This document shows, one piece after another, positions 14,402-26,639 of a stretch of 64,000 nt of DNA (within the stretch, counting starts at the first letter, position 1; every line of letters starts with the position of its first letter). Source of the stretch: Paragordius varius (taxonomy: Eukaryota > Animalia > Nematomorpha); NCBI GenBank assembly GCA_964247055.1, contig OZ176052.1, positions 434,001 through 498,000 of the forward strand, read 5' to 3'. The translations under genes were made by a program, and so were the position numbers. The notes under the pieces are model-generated. The model had not been told where the DNA came from and did no database searches. It worked only from the letters and a program-made list of their open reading frames with translations.

Positions 14402-14933
14402 ACTAGTAAGCTTGGTGTAGCTTAGCACGTATCACACTACAGAAATGATCCTGAATCCAAATCGACTATGTACACCACCACCATACGACCCGTTCTAATT
14501 TACGCAACCGAAGCTATGGCTTTAACCAAAACAAATTCACTAAATTTACAACAAGCGGAAAGGAGAATTCTAAAAACTATACTTTATGCTACAAACCCAA
14601 ACCTCTATAATTACAATAATAAATTTGATCCATATACTGTCCTACAAATGACTCCGCTTATCGACTGTTTGCGCACAAATCGTCTGAGATTTGCGGGACA
14701 TGTTCACCGACGCCCACATGAAAGTTGGCTATATCGTATGGTCAATTTTTCTACAAGTTTGCGAAATCGTAAAGGACGTCCATTACAAAGTTGGCTTTCT
14801 ATTGTGGAAAACGATCTGGCTATTTTAAACCTGAAAATGGATGATGCACAGGACCGATGCTCATGGCGTAAATCTATCCGAAGGGTTACCTCCTTGTTGG
14901 GAGAAAAAACCCTTAAAGAAACATAAAGAAACA
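14402..14933 (+). mobile_element. 5'-truncated RTE-clade LINE fragment with 17-bp TSD
   Basis: ORF 14468-14926 has RLRFAGHVHR, RKGRPLQSW, AQDRCSWR; tail (TAAAGAAACA)x2; TSD TATATGGATGAGATGTA at 14385-14401 and 14934-14950. Confidence 0.85.
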
Positions 14934-15054
14934 TATATGGATGAGATGTAGATGTAAATGTGCTATACTTGTTATGGTACTGAGAATAAATTGATTATTT
15001 TATAGATTATTTAAAATAAGAGGATTGTCTATTTTCTACATATTTATTTGAGAT

Positions 15055-15245
15055 TATAAAGGATTTCCATGTTTCTGAGCAATAGAAAATGGTACTGCTC
15101 ACCATTTGCTTGCGAACGATCTGAGCATCTAGCGATGAGCAGAGTTTATTAAGGATAATCTCATTTTTCGGGTCCCATGCACCTAATGCTCCTACAACTA
15201 GTGGAAGATTCCAGACTGTTTTAAATTGGGATTGTAATTGAGGAA
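15055..15245 (-). pseudogene. REL C-terminal fragment, lineage B-like
   Basis: Minus-strand translation LPLVVGALGAWDPKNEIILNKLCSS...VRKQMVSSTIFYCSETWKS. Confidence 0.75.
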
Positions 15246-15461
15246 TAAGTAGTTTATATAAAGTTTTTTTTTGTTTTTGGAGTTTTGGTTCCTGGTATAA
15301 ATAAAAAAGTGGTTCGATTTTAAACTATGAAAATTTGTATAAAACTCAAACATACACAACATTATCATTCTTATAAACTTTTCATTTTTTTATCATCATT
15401 TTTTAATAAACTTTGTTAAAAATTATTTGTTTCAAAAAGGTTTTTAAAATGGTTTGATTGT

Positions 15462-15611
15462 GTTTGGGCTCCTGGGGATACTGCAATACCAGGTTGACCC
15501 GATGGAGAGAAATAGGCAAGCTCAGAGCGCCTCCCCAAATTTGCCAAAATTAATTTAGTATCATGGACCTCTTTAGAGGTCGTATCAGATATTAAACTGA
15601 TAGGAACAGAT
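15462..15611 (-). ncRNA. U2: U2 snRNA 3' fragment (about nt 38 to end), pseudogenic
   Basis: Reverse complement atctgttcctatcagtttaatatctgatacgacctctaaagaggtcc...cctggtattgcagtatccccagg: stem-loops IIa/IIb and the SL IV loop. Confidence 0.9.
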
Positions 15612-17476
15612 TTTTACTTATTTTACATATGATATTTTACATATATACAAAAGTGCTTGTGATTATTATAATGTATTTTTCCATGTATTGATCATTATTG
15701 GATATGAAATGAAGACTTGCGAATTTAATATTTTTAACATTTAGTAATAAAATATTTTACGTGTTAAAAAATATCTTCCAATAGGGGGAAAAATAGGACA
15801 GAAAAATCCCCGACGTACGGGGTTAGAAAAAAACTTTCCCAAAGCAATCTTTGTTTGATCCAGTTGGTTGGTTTGATTCTTTCACTATTTCGTTTTCATT
15901 CAACTGTTGTATTGTTGGATTGACCAAAGTAACAGGGGGTCCTAATGTCATTTGTGATGTTAATTGAAAATGATCACTATTGGTTGTGTTCTAAGTACAT
16001 GTTTCGGCAGTGGCTAGAGAATTGACGGTCAGGTTCGAGGTTACATCTCTGTCGGGAAGTTTCTCCATTTTTAAACTCGACCAGAACTGAGAAACGGAGT
16101 AACTTTGTGTAATATGCTGCAACCTTTCGTCATTTTTCGGATACCATAATCCTAAACTTCCAACGACAGTGGAAGTATCTTGATCTCGTTTGGGTTATGC
16201 AATAAGGCAATTAAGGCGTATTTTTTTCTAGCTTATTGTCCCAACCGAGGTCAAGGCCCCCAACCGATCATCGAAAGAAAATTATCCTCCGGTATTTAAC
16301 CATTAAATCCGGTTTAAGGGGGAGAGAAGCTGGGTAGGAGTTCTCGGATATAATTTAAACTCTGCTTTAAGTATATTGACGATGGAATCATATTGAGCTC
16401 TCCATGCGCGGGAATATCTTAAACAAAATAAGGGGTAAAGTTTTCAGGTAACGCCCGCATCTACGACATGAGTGGTTGAGAAGAACCTGGACGCGCGTTC
16501 GTAGGAAGTAGATTTAGTCGGGGCTCGATAAATGAATCCCAAACCACGGAAAGAAATACCTGACCCTAAGGTTATAAATGAGAAGCTGACGAGGTAAGCC
16601 ACCTCGATGGCACGACCTTGGGATCGAAACGCGATAAGGTTGATTAAAAACGAACAAGTATTTTTAGAATAAATTGTGCGAACAAGTGCGCGACGGGAGA
16701 ACGGATCAATATTAAGGTTTTTTTTAATCAGAGTATTCCCACTGAAGCCCGAGGCGCGTGGATGCCAAGCGTGATCTGAAGATGTTAGAGACACCAAAAA
16801 ATTCTAATTTATTTGACTGAGAGAAAATCAGAGATATCGGATTCAGAAGGGGTTTCGACTTTAGTTCTTTGGGAAATGGTAGCTATAAGGGTAGAGAAAG
16901 CATGTTCGGAAATGGACGGATCAGAGCTGGAAAGAAGCTTAAAAGCTGAATCTAGTCTGTAAATAATAGAAAGAAGGGATGTTTTGGGAATACCTAGACC
17001 GCCTTTAGAGACTGGAATATAAAAGTAGTTTGTGGAGGCTCCCTGGGGAAGCGATGTGATTTTCCTTATTATATTACGAATTTGAGAATCTATTTTATTT
17101 AAGTCAGATTTAGACACCGATCCCATACGAAATTTATGTGTCAGTGTTGGGAATACACATGTTTTTAAGGCATCTAGAATCTGCCATGGTTTCAGGTTAG
17201 ATGAAACTATGGTTTCCTGTGCTAGTAGGAGATCCGATAAGTTGTCAGGATGAACCAGCAATCTTATCGGTTTTCCTAGGTAATCATGGGCCTGGTCTTC
17301 CTGCAGAAGTGGATAAACCTCCCTGAGTAGGCTTGAAGTTTGTTGTAGATAGGTTAATTCATATTCCGGCCTAGAAAGGAGTTAGCCAAGCTTGCACCAG
17401 ACTTAATATCATCACTATTATTGGATATGACACCATGTCATCTGCATAAGCGAGACAAGTGGTGTCATTAGTGTTG
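15612..17476 (-). mobile_element. Degenerate 5'-truncated Utopia copy (lineage A)
   Basis: ORFs 16809-17261 and 16444-16797 are near-copies of the 964-aa ORF; shared 3' UTR abuts the U2 fragment. Confidence 0.9.
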
Positions 17477-17486
17477 TGCAGTGTTC

Positions 17487-19670
17487 CTTTAATTACAATA
17501 TACTAGTGGGCGACGCCGCTAATCCAACCAACCTTAGGATTCGCTTTTAGATACCAGCTACAAAATTTCGCTAATATATTTTCAAGTCCCTCTCCACTTA
17601 TCTACTAAAAACATTATTGTTCCCCCCCATCAGAAATGATTTATGCTCACGATTAGATTCTCGAACATATATCTCTCATTTGGCAAAAATTGTCTTCTGC
17701 CAGACATCATCAACGCTCATGCGTCCTTCTGTGGCTCCATGTTCCCGATTTTGTTTCCGTCCAGCATTTCGGAGGCCCATTGCGGTATGGGTATTTCTGA
17801 TAATTTGTTTTTAATTCTGTCTAATCCTTTTTTGATTCTTCGCACATTCTAAACGAACTTCTTAAGAGGAATTCGCCAAGCATGTCCTCTTTTCCCACTA
17901 CTTTCCCTGAACAACACTCATGACGCCACTTGTCTCGCTTATGCAGATGACTTGGTGATCATATCCAATAATAATGAAAATATTAATTCTGGTGCAAGCT
18001 TAACTCTTTTCTAGGCCAGCTTGGAATACGAATTAACCACTTTATATCCAAATTATTAAACTTCAAGCCTACTCAGGGATGTTTATACACTTTACATTTA
18101 GAGATAGATGGACACGTGGTTCCATCACTGCAGAAAGGTCAGGTCCATGATTACCTAGGAAAACCGATAGGATTGCTGGTTTTTTCTTACAACTAATCGG
18201 ATCTATTACTAGCACTGGAAACCATAGTTTCAAGTACCTTAAACTATGGGAGATGCTGGATGCCTTAGAAACGTACGTATTCCTAACACTGACACATAAT
18301 AATGTATGGGATCGGTGTCCAAATCTGATTTAAATAAAATAGAGTCCAAAATTCGTAAAACTATAAGGAAAATCACCGCTTCCTCAGGGAGCCTCCACAA
18401 AATATTTTTACATCCCAGAGTCTAAAGGGGTTAACCGTCCCTAAAGGATCCCTTCTTTCTAATATTTACAGACTAGATTCAGCTTTTATGCTTCTTTCCA
18501 GCTCTGATCCGTCCATTTCCGAACACGCCTTCTCTACCCTTATAGCTACCATTTCCCAAGAACTAAAGTCGAAACCCCTTCTGAATCCGATATCTCTGAT
18601 TTTCTCTCAGTTTCATATAAATTAGAATCTTTTGATGTCTCCAACATCTTCAGCCAATCACGCTTGGCATCCATGCGGATCGGGCTCCAATGGGAATACT
18701 CCGATTTCCACTTTTTTATAAAAGGTGCAAACTCCCGTCGCGCACTTGTTCGTACAATATTTTCTAAATATACTTGTTCGTTTTTAATCAACCTTATCGC
18801 GTTTCGATCCCAAGGTCGTGCCATCAAGGTGGCTTACCTCGTCAGCTTCTCATTCATACCTTCGGGTCAGGTATTTTTTTGAGATTGAAGATTCATTTAT
18901 CGAGCCCCGACTAAATCTAATTCCTACGGGCGTCCAAATTTTTCCACAACCCCTCGTTTCGGCGATGTGGGCATCACCCGGAAACTTTACCCCTTATTTT
19001 TATTCATTGTTTAAAATATTCCCGCACTTGGAAAGCTCGGCATGATTCCATCGTCAGTATACTTAAACACATTTTTCTTGTAGCGTTGAAATTATATCCG
19101 AGAACTCCTACCCAGACCTGTGATCAGTTGGTGGCCATGGCTCGGGACAATAAGGTGAAAAATTATACTCCGTTAATGTCACGATTGTCTCATAACCGAA
19201 GTCAAAATATTTCCACTAGTCGTCAGAACTTTAGGATCTTGTTCTCCGAAAAACGACGATATTGCACACAGTCCCTCTATTTTTCGGCTCATCACGGCGT
19301 ACGAGTTTAAAAATGGAGGAACTTTCCGACAGAGATGTGACATCGAACCCGACCGTCAATTCTTTAGCCACTACCGAAACATGTTTCAGAAATGGTGATC
19401 ATTTTCAATCAACATCACAAATGACGCCAGGACTCATCAATGTTACTTTGGTTAATCCTTCATCAATACAACAGTTTTCGAGTAAAACGGAATTGTGCGA
19501 GAATTACACCCCTTTCGAAGAGTTTTTTTTCCAACTCCGTATGGGGTTTTTCTCTCCTATTTTTTTAACGTAAAATATACAAAATTTATTAAAAATCTTA
19601 ATTTGAATTCGTAAGTCACCACTTCATAGCCAGCATTCATCAATCTATTGAAAAATATGGTATAATTAAT

Positions 19671-19701
<31 letters not shown>

Positions 19702-19719
19702 GTATAACAATAAATAAAA
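17487..19719 (+). mobile_element. Degenerate 5'-truncated Utopia copy (lineage A), head-to-head with the previous copy
   Basis: Aligns with the 964-aa ORF from the IPIYKSG region to the stop; followed by (TA)n, an A-rich tail and U2. Confidence 0.9.
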
Positions 19720-19850
19720 ATCTATTCCTATAAGCTTATCTGCTGCGATTTCTAAAGAGGTCCATAATATTTAATTTATTTTTCTGCGCTTGCCTATCTC
19801 TCACCATCGGGACCACCTGGTATTGCATTATCTCCAGGAGTGGCCCAAAC
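19720..19850 (+). ncRNA. U2: Degenerate U2 snRNA 3' fragment with an internal deletion
   Basis: atctattcctataagcttatctg...ctaaagaggtcc...cacctggtattgcattatctccaggagtggcccaaac. Confidence 0.85.
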
Positions 19851-21602
19851 ACAATCATTAAAAACAATTTGGAAACTTTTAAACAATATAACATCAAAAT
19901 GTTCGAAATTATTAAAAATTTTTGTATTTTTATAACATTTTTAATATGAACAAAATTTGTTTAACACAAGCATCTGTATTACCAATTAGCCAACAATAGA
20001 GTGATTAGGCCAAAACAAATGTGCTTATCGTATGTTAAATGGATAAATTTTTGCTGTAAACGAGATCGAATCCAAAAAATAAAAAAGGCGTAATTAACTG
20101 ATCATAAAATATGTCGATTAGATCAATGTATTAATTAAAATTGCTTTAAATTTTATAACTCAATGGACAAAAGAAACAAATTACAAACTATATTGTAGTG
20201 ATCATTTATTTTGAATGATTGTGCGTATTAACATTTGGAGACAACGCATTCATTTCAGTCCTTTGATTCATATTGAGGTAGTTAGACATCTCAGGCTTGT
20301 ATTAAAATTAAATATTTTAAAAAATATGGAATAAATTGAAATTATGGCAAAGGATTGCGTTTATATAAATGAACCTAAATATAAAAATTCATTCAAAAAT
20401 ACTTAATATTACTTATTCATAGGTAAAACCCTAAGGTAAAAATTTAGCCAACATGACATGTGTGCATAAGCTAAAAAAAATAATGCAAAATATACCACTT
20501 TTTCTGCTATTATTAATGTCAAATATGATTTTACTAAAAAAGTAAACCTAATTTTAGCCTTATAAAATAAACAAGATATTTTGCAAAATAATAATTATAA
20601 AATTATGCCGGATCAACATTAATTTTATATAGGCGTATGCCAAAGATAAATCTTAGGAGTTAATGCGGAATTTTAAATGCAGCAATTATAATATAAAGTA
20701 AATTACAATTGAAATTTATAGATAAAAGATAATGATTACGAATGCGGCATATTAACATGATCTACAAAAAAAATTGGAATTTAAGATCTAAAAAAACCCA
20801 AACATTAAAAACGGAATTATATATTAACAAAACACAGTAATCAAAATTAAATAATGATTTACAAAATCGTATTAAGCAGATAAATACTGTAACAGTATGA
20901 TAATAGGGACTCGGTTAAATTAAGTTAGAATATACATACGTTATATTTTTAAGAATGTTATGCTATAAAATCCTATTAGTATAAACATATAGGATATAGT
21001 TGATAAGAATTATTTTACGTGTAAAATATCAAATATTTCTTCATTTTATTTTATACTTGTCTTAGATATAAAACTCATCATTATATCCCTAGAAGTCAAC
21101 CCGAACCCCCACGTAACTAGACGGCTGTCATTGAACTACCATTGACTGGTGTATGGAAGGGCAGCAAGGGACGTCTTTTGTGGACAGAGGCGACGTGGGT
21201 CTGCTACCCCCTTTTCTTGGTACGCCTTGATTACCATTAAGAATCATAAATTTTATATTTTTTTGTAAATTTTTTAATATTATTTAATTTCATGACGCCT
21301 TTCCATGTAACATCTGTATTGTTAACCCTATAAAAATTCCTTTACTTTACATTGAATTCGTAATTCTCACTAAAGAATATTTTTTTGCGTTGGTAAACCA
21401 TTTTATCACTACTCAATTGTTATTCACTCAAGTATGTTTATCATTTTGTTATAGTGTAATTCATCACTTAAGTTTGTTCGGTCCCTAATGTTTTTTTGGA
21501 GTTTTAGTAATCCCTGGGATATACAGAAGTGGCTAGATATAGATACACATTATTAAAACTGATATATCTATTTTGTTTAAAAAAATTCAATTGGTGATGA
21601 TT

Positions 21603-21752
21603 GTTTGGGCGACATCTGGAGATACTGCACTGCCAGGTTGACCCGATGGGAAGAGATAGGCAAGCCCAGAGCGCCTCCGCCAAATCTCCAAAAAAATTAA
21701 TATCACGGACCTCTTTAGATGTCTAATCAGGTATTAGGCCGATAAGAATAGA
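21603..21752 (-). ncRNA. U2: U2 snRNA 3' fragment
   Basis: Reverse complement tctattcttatcggcctaatacctgattagacatctaaagaggtcc...caacctggcagtgcagtatctccag. Confidence 0.85.
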
Positions 21753-24205
21753 AAGAAATTATTAAATATATTTAGATTTTATCACAATTATATTATATTA
21801 ATTAGATATGGAAGAAAATGTTACGAAGAAGGAAAAAAGGAATGAATATAAATGATGTGTTTGTTTAATACTATAATAACTTATTCATATTTGTTAAGAT
21901 TTTTTGATGTATGGAAAAGATTAGATCCAATATAATCAGATACAAATGAGCTCCATAGTTCTGAGCTATAGAAAATGGTGCAGCTTGCCATCATTTTCCG
22001 GATTGTGGAAGCCTCTTGGGCTGGGCAATTTGTTGATGACAAAATGATTTTTTGGATGCCAAGCACCAAGAGCTCCTAATACCAGAGGTTCTATTTCAAC
22101 CTTCTTATAATGTGTTTGCATTATAGTTATTAGAGGGTTGTATTTGTCAATTTTTTGTTATATGCCTCCGTTAGAAACTGATATCTGTTTTTAAATGGAT
22201 AGACGGCATCTATTATATAACAGATATCTTTGTTGAGTAATATTAGGCCAGGTTATAATAATAGATGTGTCGAGTAGGTGTTTTCATTCATTATTGTTGT
22301 ATCCTTTGTTTTTCTAAAATATCCAAACAAGCGTTGTGTCGCCTAATCCAGTGCGGAGAGTATTGGAGGCAACGATTTAACACATGTGGGAGTGTTTCAT
22401 TAGTCTTCCCACATCTCCTGCACATTGGATTTTTGGCTGATCCTGGACGGCTATTCACGGGCAGCAGATTAAGGCGTGCTTTATGAATAAACCGCCAGCA
22501 TTTAAAAGATGTATATGTGTCCGAAAGGGTAAAGTGGGATGAGGCTGGATGTTGTTGAATGGCTTCAATCACTTTACCCTGATTCGGGCAATCAATTAGG
22601 GATTTTAGGTGGTTTTTCGCATTTCTTTTGCATATTGAGGATACAATAATTTTTCTGGCATTGGGGTCAATGTTTACCGATTGCCCATTTATGAAAGGTA
22701 TCGAATTCTGAAATTTTCATGCCAGGTCAAGCCTTTTAGAGGCTTGCCTGGCTTTGGTGTATTAGGATGAGCATCCAGTAGTTTTGATCTGTATTTCATT
22801 ATTGAAGTATTGGTTTAACTCAGTATCGTTAGTGGAGGTTGAGTTTGTATGTTTAGCTATTGTATGTTTAAGATGGATTTTAGCTTGGTCTGCCAATATT
22901 TCATCGGGAGAAGTGAGGAGTTTGTAGGTTGAGTCAATTAAATATGCATCATGTAGAATACCAAGCTGAGATAAACCGAGACCGCCTGCTTTTGTGGGTG
23001 CGTAGAAATAATTGGTATAGGCACTGGCGGATAAGGCTGTAATTTTTGATCAGGGATCGAATTTTATTATCAGATTTAGTTAGATCGGTTTTTTTCAAGG
23101 CTCCCATTCTAAGAGATTGAATAATGGTGGGAAATATGGTTTTAAGGCAGTCTAATTTCTGCCACGGTGCCAGATTGGATTGTATTATATTATCAACCAG
23201 GTTATTCAGTTCATGGGTATTTTTAGGTGGTGCTAAAGGTGAAATTGGTTTGCCAAGGTAGATGGATTTTCCTTCTGGGATTTGTTCGAGGATTTGATTA
23301 TGTATGGTTATATTAGGATTTGGCGACTTAATACATAGAAGAGCAGATTTGTTCGCATTGATTGTTATGTTATGGGATTGAAGCTATTTCTCTGCGGTGT
23401 GGATAGTTTTCTGGAGAGCATCTACTTTGTGTGCGATGATTACCAAATCATCGGCATACGCTAGGGATGTGGAGGATATGTTTAGCAACTCCAAGAATGG
23501 GTTGATGGCCAGGTTAAATAAGGTTCCGGAGACAGGGAAGCCCTGTTTAATGCCCTTTTGAAATGGAATAGGATATGTCAGTCCGCCTTGTGTATAGATT
23601 TGGGTTTTAGAATTAGTTATATTTTGAATGATTATATTTTTTAGTAATGTGTTTATTGGAAGTTGATTAATTGTATTGATAAGTATGTTGTGCGGAATCG
23701 AATACGCTTTGATAATATCAAGAAATGCTATTAATAGTCTATGTTTATCTTGTTTCGCACTCTTTATTTTTTGCTCAATCACATAGTTGTGCTCAAATAC
23801 TCCATCAAAGGGCATAAAGCCTTTTTGATTAGGGTGAAATAGAGATTTGTCAATTATGGATTTCAATAGGGTTTGGTTGACATATTTAAAAAAGATTCTA
23901 TATAGTGTGTTTGAAATAGTTGGTCTAAAATTTTTTATTTCATTAATGTTACCGGATTTGTGTATTAGGATTGTTTTGGAAGAGAGCCAGTCATCAGGTA
24001 ATGTCCCTAGCTGAATTATTTTATCAAATATTGTTTTTATGATTGGTGAATATGTCTCTATTTTTAGCCAGGTGGTAGGTGTAATACCTTTTGGGCCTGG
24101 TGAGGTTGATTTAGACCTTAGGAGCTGTTTGGTAACTTCATTATAAGATAATGGAAATGGGGAAAATGGTACAGGTTGTGGTTGATGTAGATTGGGGGAT
24201 CAATA
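21753..24205 (-). mobile_element. Degenerate Utopia-like element, lineage B (RT, CCHC, REL, 3' UTR)
   Basis: QKGFMPFDG, KGIKQG, LAYADDL, WRFIHKARLNLLPVN, CRRCGKTNETLPHVLNRC, VLGALGAWHPKN; its 3' tail joins U2 at the same site as lineage A. Confidence 0.88.
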
Positions 24206-24236
24206 AAAAAACTGAGCTAACTAAATCAGATAATAA

Positions 24237-25450
24237 ACTGGGGACAATACCCGATGACTGGCTTTGTTCCAAAACAATTCTAATACACAAAAGGGGTACC
24301 ATTAATGATATAAAAAACTTTAGACCCATAACTATTACTAACACACTCTATATAATTTTTTTAAATATGTCAACCAAACCTTACTGAAAACCATAATAGA
24401 TAAAACTTTAATTCACCCTAATTAAAAAGGCTTTATGCCCTTTGATGGAATATTAGAGCACAACTATGTGATTGAACAAAAAATAAAGAGTGCGAAACAA
24501 GATAAACATAAACTACTAATAGCATTTCTTGATATTATCAAAGCCTTTGATTCGATTCCGCACAACATACTTATCAATACAATTAATCAACTTCTAATAA
24601 ACACATTACTAAAAATATAATCATTCAAAATATAACTAATTCTAAAACCCAAATCTATACACAAGGCGGACTGACAGATCCTATTGCATTTCAAAAGGGC
24701 ATTAAACAGGGCTGCCTTGTCTCCGGAACTTTATTTAACCTGGCCATCAACCCACTCTTGGAGTTGCTGAACATATCCACCAAACCCCTAGCATATGCCG
24801 ATGATTTAGTAATCATCGCACACCAAGTAGATGCTCTCCAGAAAACTATCCACACCGCAGAGCAATGGCTTCAATCCCATAACATAACAATCAATGCGAA
24901 CAAATCTCTTCTATGTATTAACTCGCCAAATCCTAATATAACCATACATAATCAAATCCTCGAACAAATCCCAGAAGGAAAATCCATCTCTTACCTTGGC
25001 AAACCAATTTCACCTTTAGCACCCCCTAAAAATACCCATGAACTGAATAACCTGGTAGACAATATAACACAATCAAATCTGGCACCGTGGCAGAAATTAG
25101 ACTTCCTTAAAACATTCATATTTCCAACCATTATCCACTCTCTCAGAATGGAAGCAATAAAAAAATCGAGCTAACCAAATCAAATAATAAAATTCGTTTC
25201 CAGAAAAAAATAACAGCATTACCCCCCACAGCTAATACTAACTATTTCTATGCCCCCACCAAAGCAGGCGGACTTGGTCTGCCACAGCTAGCAAACCTAA
25301 ATGGCAACTTTATAATTGATTCAACTTACAAACTATTAACGTCTCCTGATCAATATTTAGCAGCTCAAGCCATTAATGATTTAAAACATACCGTATCTAA
25401 ACATACAAAGTCAACCACCACTAACGATATTCAATTAAACCAATACTTAA
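24237..25450 (+). mobile_element. Lineage B RT fragment, inverted arm
   Basis: ORFs 24435-24620 and 24758-25174 closely match the reverse complement of about 22830-24012. Confidence 0.88.
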
Positions 25451-25869
25451 AATTACACTTGTAACAACGTTGCCCATTTGCATCTCATCTATTAATCAGA
25501 TGCTCTGTGTAACTCTTTCTTGTGGGATCCACACTCTTGGAAGCAAATCAAGGGTCCGGCCATCTCTAGTAATGTCAATGATCACTTTTATATTGACCCG
25601 TGGAAAATCGAATATGTAACTCTCTCTCAAGGATATTTATCCCTATTAAGAAATCATCACTAAATAGTATGTCACGTGCCTCAAAATCACTATCATCAAC
25701 GATCCTTTTTAAAACATAGCTTATGATTGATTTGCCTTCATATCTTGTCTTTATAAAAAATTCCTCTCTGTTCAACCATAAACTTTAATACCAGCAAAGA
25801 TTTGATATGCCAATTTTTGATAGTGTGATCATGTCATGTCGTCTATTTTGGTTAGGAATGATTGATATA

Positions 25870-26494
25870 CCATTTGCACTTCAAGAGTTTCCTTGAACAC
25901 TTCAAGTCGCTCCTTAAACATTTTTGGTTCTTGAACATTTCAAGTTGGTCCTTAAACATTTCAGTTGGTCCTTGAACACTTCAAGTTGATTCTTAAACAC
26001 TTCAAGTTGGTCCTTATTTTAAATTTTGATTTACCCATAATTTTTGGAAGTATTTTTTTATTTTATTATTTTTTAACCTATTCTTTATTTATTATATATT
26101 TATTCATCTAAAAATAAAAACTTTTATTAAAAAACCACTTTGTTTAAAACTATTTTTTTCATTTGAACAAAATTATTGACTTTTAAATGTTTTTAATGAA
26201 AAATTTTAATTAATAACCCTGAAAACTTATATATTTTTTCATTTCGTGTTAAAATCTTATTATATTCAAAATTATATTTAGAAATTATTAAAGATATACG
26301 GTTTCAAGATTAGAAGTTGATATCAATTTAATATTTATGTTTAATAATAGAAAATAGGTTAAAAACAAAAATAGATGAATAATTTACGATTTAATTGATG
26401 AAAGTTAAAAACAAAACAAAAAAGCCCAAGAACCAACTTTAATTGTTCAAGGACCAACTTGAAGTGTTCAAGGACACTCTTGAAGTGCAAATGG
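25870..26494. mobile_element. MITE with CCATTTGCACTTCAAGAG TIRs and subterminal CAAGTTGGTCCTTGAACACTT arrays
   Basis: TA|CCATTTGCACTTCAAGAG...CTCTTGAAGTGCAAATGG. Confidence 0.75.
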
Positions 26495-26639
26495 TTCAAA
26501 TAACTTTTTCGTAAGGACCAAAACCAAAAGCACTATGATAATCCTGATACATTTTCCTATCAGAAAATACATATATATATAATTTTAGATTATTTTTAGT
26601 GGACGCTGTATAATAAAATGTCAATGAGTTCCTCAGCCT

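Noticed and set aside
25460-25860. ORF 25575-25775 as a retroviral protease or host exon
   Set aside because: No catalytic D(S/T)G or other recognisable motif; left unassigned
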